A DNA stretch of 64,000 nucleotides from Kudoa neothunni (Eukaryota; Animalia; Cnidaria). The stretch is from assembly GCA_964304625.1 (NCBI GenBank), contig OZ199838.1:13959118-14023117 (forward strand), read 5' to 3'. The position numbers and the translations under genes are program-made. Positions 37,801 through 51,100 of this stretch are shown here, one piece after another (within the stretch, counting starts at the first letter, position 1; every line of letters starts with the position of its first letter). The notes under the pieces are model-generated. The model worked only from the letters and a program-made list of their open reading frames with translations. It was not told where the DNA came from and searched no databases.

Positions 37801-39177
37801 TGATTTCGATAAAATTGATTTTTCAAACAAATATTAAATTATTTACGTGTGAAATTGGTAGAGAAGGTTTTTATGGTGGAATTATCTTTTATAAAATTAA
37901 TTTTTCAACGAAATCAAAAGTGTTTCCGACTCTGTATTTTTGACCAGCATCGATTTGTACGACCTCCGATATAGGACCGTAATTAAAATAATAAGTTCAT
38001 TGGTTATAGAAATACGCATAGATAAGCTAATTCGACAATTTCCCCAGATTTTCCTGGAATGTACGTTTTTATGGTTCCAAGGATAAACCATTTAATTTTC
38101 GAGCCTATATTTAATATTTTGGCTCCAGAAATGGAAAATTTTATGTCGTCATCAATAATTGGCTCTTCCGGACATCTCGGTTGCAGACTCTTGAGATAGA
38201 GAATAGTAAAAGGAAAAATAATTTATTCATGATAGCGACTCACACTGTAGTTTTAATATTATTTGTGAGATATAAATTAATATTTACAGATATAAAATAT
38301 TTAACTGAACAAATATATTGTTAATATATAGTCGGGTCATGATATAGTGTGATTGGATATAGTGAGATTTTGGTTGCAACGTTTATTTTAAGACTTAGGG
38401 AGTGGTTTGAATTCTTTTTCTGCATTAAACGATAATTTTAATTTAAACTAAAGAGTATGTTTAAAAATTTTTTTCTCTAACTATGCGATACCTCGTGATA
38501 GCGAAGTTCCTTCACATTGCGAGATTTTTGTGAGGTTAGTGACTGGTTATATCGAGGTTTCTAGATGGTTAGAAATCAATTAACTATGGCCTAAAAACTC
38601 ATTATTATAGAATTTAAGAAATCAAGAAAGGGAATTTGAGGATTTGAGGCAAAAAAAAATAAATAATTTAATCTACATGGTAACACGTCATTCTAAATTG
38701 TCGTATGAGAATTTGTATGTCCATCATCGTTGGGAAGCATTCTGTAAAATGGGCATAAAATTATTAATTCCAATATTACCTACAATAGAAAAAGAGTGTT
38801 ATCTGCAAAATTTATGCTGCTTCTCAAAATAAATTTTGTTCTATCCAAAGAATGCCGCTAGCTGTATGCAGTCAATGGATGTTGGAATAATATATTACTT
38901 AAAATACCATTATCGAAGTACCCGTAATGAACACATTCTAGTATATGAAGGTGGCTGCGAACTAAAATATACATTATTAGACTATGTTAAAATCCTTGAA
39001 AAATTCGGAGATAAAATTCCCTCGTCAACCATCATTAATTGTTTAAATACGTCAAAAATATTTGATAAATTATTTTAAAAATGATAAAAATTGATACATA
39101 TTTCTCTTCCTATATTTATTTCTTTCATACGTAATTTTTTCATTGTTAAGTAGTTTAATTACGTGGTTTATCTAATA

Positions 39178-40362
39178 CAGTAGGCAACCTATAATACGCG
39201 GTATAAATACATGCGCAGTTATTATTATTGTTTTATTTTTCAGCATGGGTATCACACCCTTTATTTAATTAGAATAACAAAAAACATTATTAAGAATATT
39301 TGACCGAATAATAATTCGCAATTTTTGTTTGAACCATATTTATTGGTAAAATATTTATATCTAGGGATCGTAGTTTTCGATATAATTTTGATTGATCTGA
39401 TAGTACGCATGCGTAAATGTTTAAACATTACAAATTTAAAAAAAAATTGAAAAAGAGCTCCTCACACCAATCTTTTCTTATCAAATAGCGATAGCGGAAG
39501 AACGCCGAAAACAATAACAGAAACAAAATTTCTCTCAAATTTACCATTTTTTTCTACCTCTACAGAAATAACTGGAAAAGGAGTGTCTTGAAGAGCTTTT
39601 TAACGATGTTTCTTTGGTTTTATTCTCTTTTGTTGTATAAATAATTTCACGTTGCAATATTCACAAGAAAATTCATTTTTCACCTGCTCTATGCCTATCT
39701 ATTCACCAAGAAACCCATGAATTTCTCTCCGGTTACTACCCATTTCAATTTTTTCGGGAGATTTAGAATTTTCCGGGGAAATAAACGTCGAAACTTTTTT
39801 TATAATTAGACGACTAAAATAGATTTTAATCGAAAACTACGATCCCGATTTATATCTTTTTAAGCTGAGATAAAATTTAGTGAATGGACATTTCTAAAAA
39901 ATTATAAATATTATTTTATTTCTTATTCATTTTTTAGCACAATATGAAATTTTGTTTATATTTTAATCGTAAAACCTATATTTACGTGCATCGATACCAT
40001 TCTTTAATTTTCAACTAATATTGTCTTGAAATAATATTTATTCTATTTTCATTTCCATGGAAATGATCATTTTTTGATAGATATTTCAAAATCTTCTCTA
40101 TTCGTTCAAAAATTCAATCGCCAGAATTACAATTTTCCCTCGTTTACAATAAAAACAATTCAATCTACGTGATTTGACCGAAAAAAGTGCGTATTATCAC
40201 ATAGTCACGTGACATAAAAGATTGATAATTTCCTAGTTTAATTAAAAAATATTTTTAAGACTTTTATCTTATTACAATAAAAAAATATTATAAAACGTTT
40301 CAAGCAATATAAAATTTGAATACGTCGAATCGATGAAAATGCGTATTATCGGTTGTCTACTG
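39178..40362. mobile_element. Tc1/pogo-type MITE
   Basis: TA-flanked TIR CAGTAGGCAACCTATAATACGC / GCGTATTATCGGTTGTCTACTG. Confidence 0.8.
39363..39847. mobile_element. MITE with 10-bp TSD (Mutator/MULE-like)
   Basis: Perfect 18-bp inverted repeat GGGATCGTAGTTTTCGAT; identical flanks ATTTATATCT at 39353-39362 and 39848-39857. Confidence 0.85.
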
Positions 40363-41359
40363 TACACACAATTTGTTCACTTTAATTAATATTTTTAAGA
40401 ATAGGTTTTGGAATAGTATGTCATTTTTAGATGAAAACGTTTAAAACCCATATAAACTGATAGGAATTTTTTTAAAAACCATTCATAAAAATGAACATTA
40501 ATTTAGTTTGTATAAAGTTAATTTTTGTCAATAGAAATTAAATTTTTTACGAGTTTTTATCCAAAAGTATACAAATTTTTAAACGTTCTTTGTAAACGTT
40601 TTTAAAATTGGTAGTAACCTTTTACAAGTTATAGAAAATGAGCGGAAAAATTTGGTTCGCCACAAAAAAGGATAGATCATAATTGATTTTAAAAAGTACA
40701 TTTTTATGTTTGTAGATCAAAAAATGTTATAAGAGATAAATATTTAATTTACATTTAGATCGATTGAACCCAAAACGTTGATATTTTGAGTTTACTTCAA
40801 GAGGTGTGAATCGTTACAATTGATTTCGATTGGTAGTCAATTATTTTGTTTAGATAAGTTGTTCGTTTATATACCTCAAAATATTGAAGCATTATTTGTT
40901 CAAATAAAACCAAAATCGTTTAATTTTCATTAATGGAAAACAAATAAAATATAACTTTCTCCCAGGAATGTGCGGTGGCCAATTGCTCTGGGTATGTAGC
41001 GAAGGTATTATAATATAGAAGGCGTTTCCGAAATTTCAACATAAAATGACCACAATATATTTTTATCGTTAAATACGTAAATAGGGGTGAATATTTTAGA
41101 TTTAATATAATTATCTAGAGAATTAATTGATTTAAAAACAATAAACATGTTTTTTTTTAACAAGACATGAATCAACAAAATTCCTTTATGTTAAATAAGC
41201 GACATATTTCAAAGTTCAAAATTACTTTCGAGATATTTTTAACATAAATCCAATTATTTATAGTTATCATTTGTGTGTTAATTAAGATGCTTATTTTTAT
41301 TTTATCAATTAATTAATTTAACGATGTGACCGCGTCTAATAAAATTTAAAAAACTACAA

Positions 41360-41650
41360 CTATATGGGCAAAAATTTTTCAATATTTCCCGGTTGTCTGA
41401 CTTTCTATTATGAATTGCAATACTTAAATTCTTCTTTCATTCAGATATTTTCATTAGGCGTCGAAAATAACAAGCCAGGGAAACAACAAAGTTTTTTTAT
41501 TGTAGTAAATCCACACAACCATTCTTTCCTCTCGTACCATACATTATGAAAGTTACAAATAATTTTTTCCCCTTTCTGTTGCTTAAGTTCATAAATTTTC
41601 GGTGTTGGTCTACTATTTGTTGTGATTCTCATCTTTTCTTCATAGGGAAG
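41360..41650 (-). pseudogene. hAT transposase N-terminal TTF-type zinc finger remnant (ZMYM1-like)
   Basis: RPTP...FHNVWYERKEWLCG...KLCCFPGLLF. Confidence 0.6.
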
Positions 41651-42768
41651 TTTTGAAAACTATTTGAGATAGTGACTATCCATGTTTGAAAGTAACGTGA
41701 TGAAACCAAAAAACACTTCAACAGAACAGATAATCAAAATACAGATTAGGAATAATTTATGTGTAACTCGCATTTTCTCTGAAATATTAACTAATTTTAT
41801 CACTTCGAAGACACTGATTAAGATTTAAATATTTAATAATTAAAAAAATAACTAGAATTTCATGTATGAGAGATGCAAATCAGCTCCCGTTACTAAACGT
41901 CGCCACGTGACTACGAGGAGGCATGCAGAATTTAGGTTGCATGCCCTGGCCAGTGCAAAAAAATAGAAATGCGCGGAATCGCATTGCACGTACTAGTTAC
42001 ACGCATTTACGTGCGTTTTATATACGAAGCCGGAAGCAGTCTTGACCACTGCGTATCTTTCCCTAAATATTTGAAAATTTTTTATTTATTTAGATATTAT
42101 GTATAATATGTATGTTATACACTCATAACTGAAAATTTCTTCGTCATCTATATTGGAAGTTGGCAAACCAGGCATCGCAGGCTTTAATTTGTCATTGCTT
42201 TACACGCCTGGACCCATTAAAATTACTTCATATCGAGTTATTTGGGACTATTATTGATTCCGATTTTATTAATTCTGACTAATATTTTACATATATTGAT
42301 TCTTATTTATATGTTTAAACTAATACTGAGATAAATGCAAATCATTTTTCTATTTTTGCGCTTCATGAATACATTATTTATTTTTTAATTGGTGTTGTCC
42401 TATTAATTCTCAAGTTACGCCCTGTTATACAAGTACAAAAATTTTCCTACCCAACATACTCCAGGGTATGCAGTGTATATCTTGGATGCCCGGACGGCAC
42501 GTGCCCGCCCCCTATAACACGCACTCGCAAGTCTGGGGTATAGCGAGGTTTTGTGGGATCGGCGAAAAACCTCACTATATCCAGGTTCGGCTGTATTTAT
42601 ACAAAATAATCTAAGAAATTTTGTTTAGAATAAAAAAATTCGCATTATTAAAATTAGAAATTGACGACCTTGATTAGTTGGCTCTTTTATTGATAATAAA
42701 GTGATTGGTTTACTATGGTTTATATATTTAACCTGGTCGCATTAGATAGAGGACGTGAGCACATGCAT

Positions 42769-43722
42769 TTAACCCTCTGAAGGCGGAGCTAAAAAACTTA
42801 CGCTTGAGCCGAGAGGAGTGCCTAAGGTGCCCAAGAGATTTTTTAATTTGAATCGCTCACTTAGATAAAATATTTGTTTTATTTGGTTATTACTTAATCA
42901 AAAATAAAAATGATCGCCTCAAATGTAAAAATATTCAATCGGTCGAGGAAAAAATACAAGGAACTCGTAGCCTTCATTTTGAAGTAAAAGACAAGAATAG
43001 ACGAATACTTTCTCAGAAATATAGGTTATGTTTGTATAAATCCATCACACAATTATTGGAAAACTCAAGATTGATTTTCAAGTGAATTTGTCATTAAAAA
43101 GAACAACCGACAACCCCGCCACAACAAAGATATCGAAAAATGTTCGTTAATCTCATTTTGCTTTCGTGGTATTAAATCGTAGGAATAATTGTTTCCCTTC
43201 AAATTACTACCTTTTCGGTTATAATTTTAATTCTATGATAAAAATCAAGGCTGACGTAAAAAGAAAAAAATCAGGTTGGAACAAAATTAAACATAAATCA
43301 ACCTGTAATTTCAAAATCGCTATACTACCAAGAGCACTCTTGTCTTACAATAATATCAGGATAATCTCAAAGCTTGTGGATTCTTACGGTAGAAAATAAA
43401 AACCAAACTTATGAAAACTTTTATTCCTTTTAGTTGATTAAAAGATAATTCCTAATTATTAATATTTGATTAAAATTAAATAAATGATAAATATAAGAGG
43501 CTCGAAAACTTCAAAACACTAAATATTATCGGATCGGCTTTGAAAAAGTAGTTTATTATTTTATAACCTTAAGAAACATAATTATTGTTAATTTAGTTTG
43601 AAGTTTGTCTCCTATTAAAAGATTACACAGGAAATAATAGAAAATATAAAAAGGTAAACGGGAAATTTCGATAAACTGAATCATTGGGTCCTAAAATACC
43701 CCCTCCGTCCCGTAAGGGTTAA
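42769..43722. mobile_element. Non-autonomous piggyBac
   Basis: TTAA-CCCT...GGCGGAG left, CTCCGTCC...AGGG-TTAA right; no coding capacity. Confidence 0.6.
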
Positions 43723-45148
43723 TGAAAACAATTAGTCAAGCAATCGGCACACGCATACCTTAATTATCTCTTATAATTTATACTGTACTCTTTAATGCGA
43801 TCATTTGTTTGATCATGTTTGTGAAATATTTATGAAAGCCTACCAAAACTTTACTTGGAACATGTAAACCAACATAAAATTGAAAGCATTTATGCATTAG
43901 TTATTCAGTTGGATTTCTGTGCACGAAGAGCGATGTTACTTGGGGAAATTCAGAAAAAGACAATTTAGTGACCTGAAATTTCTACCCAAGCAAAGCAAAG
44001 CACAACAAAAAAAACATAATTGTAGAGGTTATTACATTCGGATTAAGCTTATCTCCCTTAAATTGATTCTCACTATAATAAGGGTGATGCATAACCAACT
44101 TGTTTTTTATAATATTAAAGTTCAATCCAAATATAAATGTGAACTATGAATTATTATATTGAACATTGCTATCATCCTAATTTCAAAAATACCTACTTAA
44201 TGCAGTATAAGTGGATTAAGCCGAAAGTAAATTTGTATTAGAGAAATAGTGGCGACGGTACTTTATCATAATATACATACAGAATATTAGAATTCAATGC
44301 AAACTCAGTTCTTGCCGATAGACTTCAACTACCATTATTTAAGCATTTATTTTATGTTTCTTTCAATTCTGTGAAATAAAATTTTTATTTAAATCTATAA
44401 CATTGATTGTAAAGTGTTTTGGTAGATCTAATAGCTAGAATAATGAATAATGAATAATATCGAGGTTTTACATCACAACTATAGCAATGAGTTGCAAATA
44501 TTGATTAAAAAAATATTTCGAGTAAAGATATCAAGCTATCGACTGACTTAACCCATGTAAAAAATAATAATCTAACCACACTCAAAACCCGGAATGAATG
44601 AGTGTATAAATCAATGGATATGGGCCACAAGAGATTTTTAATATTTCTACGTAAGTACAGGTCCAAATCAACCAATAGTAACTATTTCTAATGATCAACC
44701 TTAGATCACGTTAAAAACAATGGAACTATCAACAGATTATTACTATTATGAGTGATAGCTCAATTATAACTAACAATAATTAGTGTCATGATTATGCCAT
44801 CAGTTTAACACGACTACTCAATGATTATTTTGTGAAGAATTTTACTATTAGCGCAATTAAATATTCTCTAGCGTTCAACAAGCTCAAAATACACAGCTAA
44901 TCTTCTTACTATTGGTAATTTGTATGAGAATGATAATCCCCCCGAAGATGACAGTTTTATCAAATTAAGCGCAGTGTAGGACGTACGCATGCCAAATTGT
45001 GATCTTAATAGGGTGGAAATCTGTTAGAGTAGATTTTGATTTATTTCATGTGGAGGTTGATATATTTGAAACAATTAATTTGTGGATTGTAGTAATTCCT
45101 CACAATACACCTACCAACGTCTCATTCTATTCCTTTCAACTCTCATCA

Positions 45149-48100
45149 ATGTCACTTGATATTCTAATGGATCAGCCGGAATTGAAGGATGTGATATCTA
45201 AAGAAGATCCTGACGAGTTATTCTGTGAGTTGGAGCAGATTGGCCATGGAAATTTTGGTGCAGTATTCTGTGTAAGTGCGATCTCATTTGCACTAATATC
45301 GCCCGATCAACCATTTGTTGTTTTCCAGCACCAATTTAGGTCGTTGGTTGATTAGTTAATTTTAGAATTTGCTGTTAGTAAACAGTCGCTAAAATTTTAA
45401 TTTTCCTTTTTGAATCCTGTTTTATACCAACTGTTAGGCGAAAACGAAAAAAGAAAGTAACGTAGTGGCCATCAAAAAAATTCAGTGCAACAAAAAACAA
45501 GCTCAACAGGTAATTGTTGAAACTTTAATTTGCTTAATTTTTTGTAGAATATTAACGACGTTGTTAATGAATTGAAAGTGCTCGCTGAAATGAATCATGA
45601 GAATGCCATCGCATTCATGGGTGTTTATTGGAAAAATATGTGTGTTTGGGTATTTATTCTTTTTTTACCACCTTCCTAATTTCATATATTGCATAGCTTG
45701 TTATGGAGTATTGTGTTGGCTCACTCATCGATATCATGACTGGTACATAGTTTGATAGTTATTTTGGTTGGTCGGTTGATCACCACACTATTTCTAGTAT
45801 CGCACAGTGGGTTTCAGGAAAATGATATTTCTTTAATATGCCAATCCATTACCAAGGTGAATAATTGATTACACGATATCATCAATTAGTCGACTAATTG
45901 CTCACACACAATAGGTATTAGGTTACTTCCATGGTAGAGGATGGATACACCGCGATATAAAAGCAGCCAATATATTGGTCACCGATAAAGGAGTGATAAA
46001 ATTGGCAGATTTTGGCAGTTCCTCGTTAAAATCGCCAGCAAATACTTTTATTGGTTCACCATACTGGTATGTGATTTGATAATTTGAATGATGTTCTTAC
46101 CACTATATAATTTTTGTCCAATAGGATGGCACCTGAAGTTATATTGGCTATGGAAGATGGTTTATACGATCAGAATGTAATTTTAATTGCAAATTATTCT
46201 ACCCACTTTATTAACTAATTGTAATTAAATGTCAATAATAAAATTGCGGTTGTAATTGTATTAATCCGAAACACAATAGGGGATATTAGTGTATTTGTTA
46301 TTTTGATAAGTTTTAAGTTCACATAAATTATTCAAAAATAAAAGTTTTCAAAGAAAGCTCGTTAATAACTGTTCATAATTTGTATAGAGTGATATATGGT
46401 CGTTGGGTATTACTGCTATTGAATTAGGTATTTGTTAATTTTATGGATGATTGTTGTATTATCTAATTGTAGCTGAAACTAAACCTCCAAGATTTGAAAT
46501 GAATGCGATGAGTGCTTTGTATTATATAGCTCAAAACGATGCGCCCACATTAGCAGATCCCAAAAAATATTCGGCAGACTTTGTTGATTTTGTAAAAAAA
46601 TGCCTCCAGAAGGAACCTTCCAGTAGACCATCCTCTCAGGATCTGTTTCAAGTACGTTAAATCCTTCTACAGATCATTTTTTAGATTGATATAGTTTCCG
46701 TTTCTTTGCCGAGATGTCGACAACCATCACTTAATTGAACTGATACAACGATGTTTGAATCAAGTGGTTGAAATCGACAACGAGTCCTACGTGAAACTCA
46801 AGACATTATGCTACGAGTTGACCGACTCAGAGACTGCTAGTGACAACTCCACACCTAGTGTAAATTGAACTGCTGAGTCGCAACCATCTATTTGTTGATT
46901 GTAGTTGTCTTTGCAAGATAGCAAGAGCGATACCAGAAACCAAAATGTATTATTTATACGATAACCATACCAAATTAGACGATTGATATTGTTTAGAGCA
47001 AACAAAAACTGCACAGAGAATCATCTGTCAGAAACAACACCATTAAACTTACCTCGATGATTGCAGAAGAGTGTCAAAGCAGCCAAAATGTTTTAAATCA
47101 AAATCTTGCTGTAATTCATTCCTACATATTTATTTATGTCTTTCTATTATGAACAGTTAAAATAAAGTGACCAATAAGTTGATGTTATTTTGTAATTAGG
47201 ACTACCGGCAACTCAGAAACGATCTCAACAAACTTGTTCATGCCACCCAACTCAAACTATCTAATATGTTGTCGGAAACAAGACGAAATTTTGAACGCCA
47301 ACTAGAAACTCAAAAACACGATTCTGAAAAAATTATAGAAAAATTCAAAACGAAACATTCCTCCGACTTTGAAGCCCTTGTAAGCTTTGCTTTAGATACT
47401 TCTAGTTTTGATAGTGTGTGATGTACCCTTATATCGATCTGTAATATTTTTAGGTAAAATCTCAAATTCAGGCTGAGAAGAAACGCCTTAAAATGGACAG
47501 CATCAATACAAAGGTATTGTCTTATTATGAATGTGAGGATAACTTGGTTATTTTGTCTAATTAATAGGGTCGTTATAAGTCAATGAATGAAAGTCTAATC
47601 AAGGAACTTCCGCAAATCTTTTTCCTTCGACAGCGACAAGTTTTAGAGCGCTTGATGCACCATCAAAATTACTACTACGAGGTTAGTTTTTGTTGTGGCA
47701 TTGCTAACCAACATTTCTGCTTTATCATTTGACTCTTAACAAAGTTGAGGTGTTTTCTCCCCTGGACATTATAACAATGTCTCATATTTAAATTCCCCCA
47801 ATTTATTTTCTATTCAAAATCAAAATTTGATAATTGTAGGGGATATTCATAGTTTTGTTAGTCATGACAGCTAATTAGATTCTATTCTTTAATTTGCATT
47901 GAGTTGCAAACATTTTATTGCTTAATTGGATTTTGTTTCAAAAATATTATTATTTACTTGCATCGAGTTGCAACGATTCTAATATTTAATTGTATTGTGT
48001 TGCCACCCGCGCTCGATATGATAAGTTTTTGTCTAAATTTGTTGATATAAATAATTCGTAAGATGTACTCAACTATGTGATATTGGATTAATACGATAAC

Positions 48101-51100
48101 TTTGAAAGTAAACAAAATTTATTTTTTAACCCCGGCTTAAAGATAGTTAAGTTACTACAGTCGAACCTCGGTTATCCGGAAGATATTTTAAATTTTATTT
48201 GGATTTTATTGAAATTACGAGTCGATAAATGTTGGATTATCCGGAAACCGGAATAACTATTTAATCTTAATTCCGGATAAAAGTATCAACCATCACCTTA
48301 CGACATATACAAAGTAAGATATATACAGGGATGGCCAGACTTGCCAGATCGGGAGCCTACTTTTAGGTTGCCCAAATTTTCAAGAGCCAGAAGGCATTAA
48401 AATAATTTATGTACCTCTTACTTATTTAAAATTAATATTTTTGGGAAATATTAAAATAAAATGTTTTAGAATTATAAATAAAGGTTTATCATTTTTTTCT
48501 TGTTCAGCTAATCGTTGGAAAACTTATATAAATTTTTACTGGTGCGATTTTTGATGGTTTTCCCAAAAAGTGAATTAGTAGTTAATGATCCAAGAAACTT
48601 TTTTTCTATAAAAAATGGTCACTAAAATAATAAAAGATTTTTCATATTTAATCATGTATGGTGGCCTGACAAAAAATAAAATTAATAATTTACGAATAAA
48701 GTAAAAACACAAGAATTTAATGCTTTCGAAAAAATTATTTTAAAAATTGTTTTTCTAATGTTGAAAGTTTTTCATGTTTCCATGTTATCTGTGAGCTAGT
48801 GGTAATCTGGTTCGTGTGCTGTTAACGCTGTACGAGTTAGTCCCGTCAGGTGTTTGTTTGTGAAGGAGGGATCCGCGATGCTTTGATTGTACAAACTTCA
48901 TCGTTGAATAGACTCACAATAATAACTTATTCTGAAGATAGAAACAAGTTTGAGGAAAATTTCTTTTAATTTTTAATATTTAGTTTCTAGAGTGTAGTTC
49001 CAAAATTCGCTTTTAGAGTTGGAATTATGAATCATTTTTAAAGCTTTAATGCCTGTTTTGTTCTTTCGTTATCTATCACTTTGGTAATGGATAAACACTG
49101 ATTTTAATTGTAGTTCATAATTAGAACTAGTAATAATTCTAGTTTGCATCAAATATTAAAACTATATATATGCTAGTTTATAACTGTTTTCTAATCAAAA
49201 ATATTATCTAGTTTACGATTAAAGAGTTCATTTATTCATTTGATTAAATAGTTTAAACGTTATACTTTTTCGAATTTACGCACTGGTTGAATTATAAAAA
49301 ATTCGACTCGAACAAACTTTTTCAAGAGCCACGTTTTGGCCATATCTGGTGTATACCAATGCAATATTGAAAACAAAAATATTTCTAGGTCAATTATAAA
49401 TTTTTCTTTTAAAACTTAGGTTAAGCTTTCAGTTTTTATATAAATTTGTATTTTGTCTGAACATGTTCCTGTATGTACATGTGTATTAACCCTTAAAGGA
49501 TAACCGTTGGATTCGCGCTTCCATCTTTCTGTTATTTTTTGTGAAACTTGATATATTTTGTGTAATTTCGCTAAACTTTTAACTAATTTTATTATGTCGG
49601 TCGGTAGATAATGCTTTTATAAAAATGTAGATGGAGTTCTAGTGAATATGCACAAAATATAACATGTTTAACAACAAAATTTATAAACTTAATAATATAA
49701 AGGTGGACGCGTGGAGCCCAAGGTTATCCTTTAAGGGTTAAATCAACGTTAATTACCGATTATTTAAAAAAGTATACTACTCCTCCGTGGACTTGTTTTT
49801 CTCCTTTAATTATGTACTTTTTTTTCTTTTAGTCTCCATATTCTTTGTTAATAGATATACCAATATTTTTAATTCAAATTGCGGAAGTTAACTATTTTAT
49901 TTAATAAATAGTAAAAATTGTTTATAACCCAAGTAAACAATTCTTTAAGTCAGTATTTCTCTACAAATTTTACACTCGTACTCCCATGCTAATTTCCTCG
50001 CTCACTTCGTATCCCATCCTCTGAATAATAGGTCAAAGTTTAATTAGACATTATTTAAGTGTGAAAATAATAATATAAGTAAATTATGTTTTTTATTATT
50101 TTAAATGATATTTTAACTTTCTAATTTTCCCAATTATTTTTAAAATGCATAAATTGAAACAAAGTTTTTTTGATCAACTCAATTTTTTACGCACTATTGA
50201 AAAAGAAAATATCCTTTTCTGCCCCATGACTTAGAACTCAACGATTGAAGCTATTACTTATTCCTGCTTGAACGTATCATTTTTATGTAAAGTAATAAAC
50301 AATCCTAACTAAAAAATGTTATTAAAATTATTTAAAAATATTAAAAACAACAAATTTATATGAAAGTGATACTAGATTATACTAATAAAAATTATAGTCG
50401 CTTGATTAAATTCTGCACTTAAAGGAGCAATTTAAATATGCTAAATAATTATAACCAATCCATATAGTTCTCAAAAAACTCGTTATTCAAACAAAAATGT
50501 TATTTGGTGTTTAATTGATCCGGCGACTTTCTCGCTCTCGCCCTCGCCGATTTTTGATAAGTAATTCAAAGCATGGAACATTGTTGGGAAATGACGCCTG
50601 CAAATCGTTTGGGGTTCAAGGAATTCCGATACCTTTTATTTTTGTACAATAACATCGAGAAGTCTGTTTCATATATCATCTAGTGTGGGAAAACCTAGCG
50701 AATTCCCTATTTTGTATTGAGTCAGATTTTAATCTAAACATTGAGGAAATGGGTCCAGAGAAATTCAAAACAGATGTATTCTTAATGTACCTGAATATAA
50801 ATAACCAATAATTCTATTAAAATTGACATTCATTTATTTTAATGTACAAATGAATGCTCTGATTTTTGTTGTACCAGAATTTTTAGACAATTTAGTTAAA
50901 ATTCTTATCAAAGAACAGGTACAAATTCGAGAATGTAACGTAACAAAGAAGTTACAATTCAATGATGGATCTCAAATTTAGATGGGAAAAGTTTATACCT
51001 CATCGTAGTTTTATTTTTAAGGATCCAGGTTATCTCTAAGTAGAGAAAAATGCCGAAAACCTAATCACAATATAAGCATAAAAACATGTTACTTTAAAAG

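Larger units (their letters stand above)
38329..42593 (+). mobile_element. Old Tigger-like element with nested insertions
   Basis: Degenerate TIRs tagtcgggtcatgatatagtg / cactatatccaggttcggctg with TA flanks; DDE remnant FYPKNAASCMQSMDVGII at 38836-39078. Confidence 0.6.
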
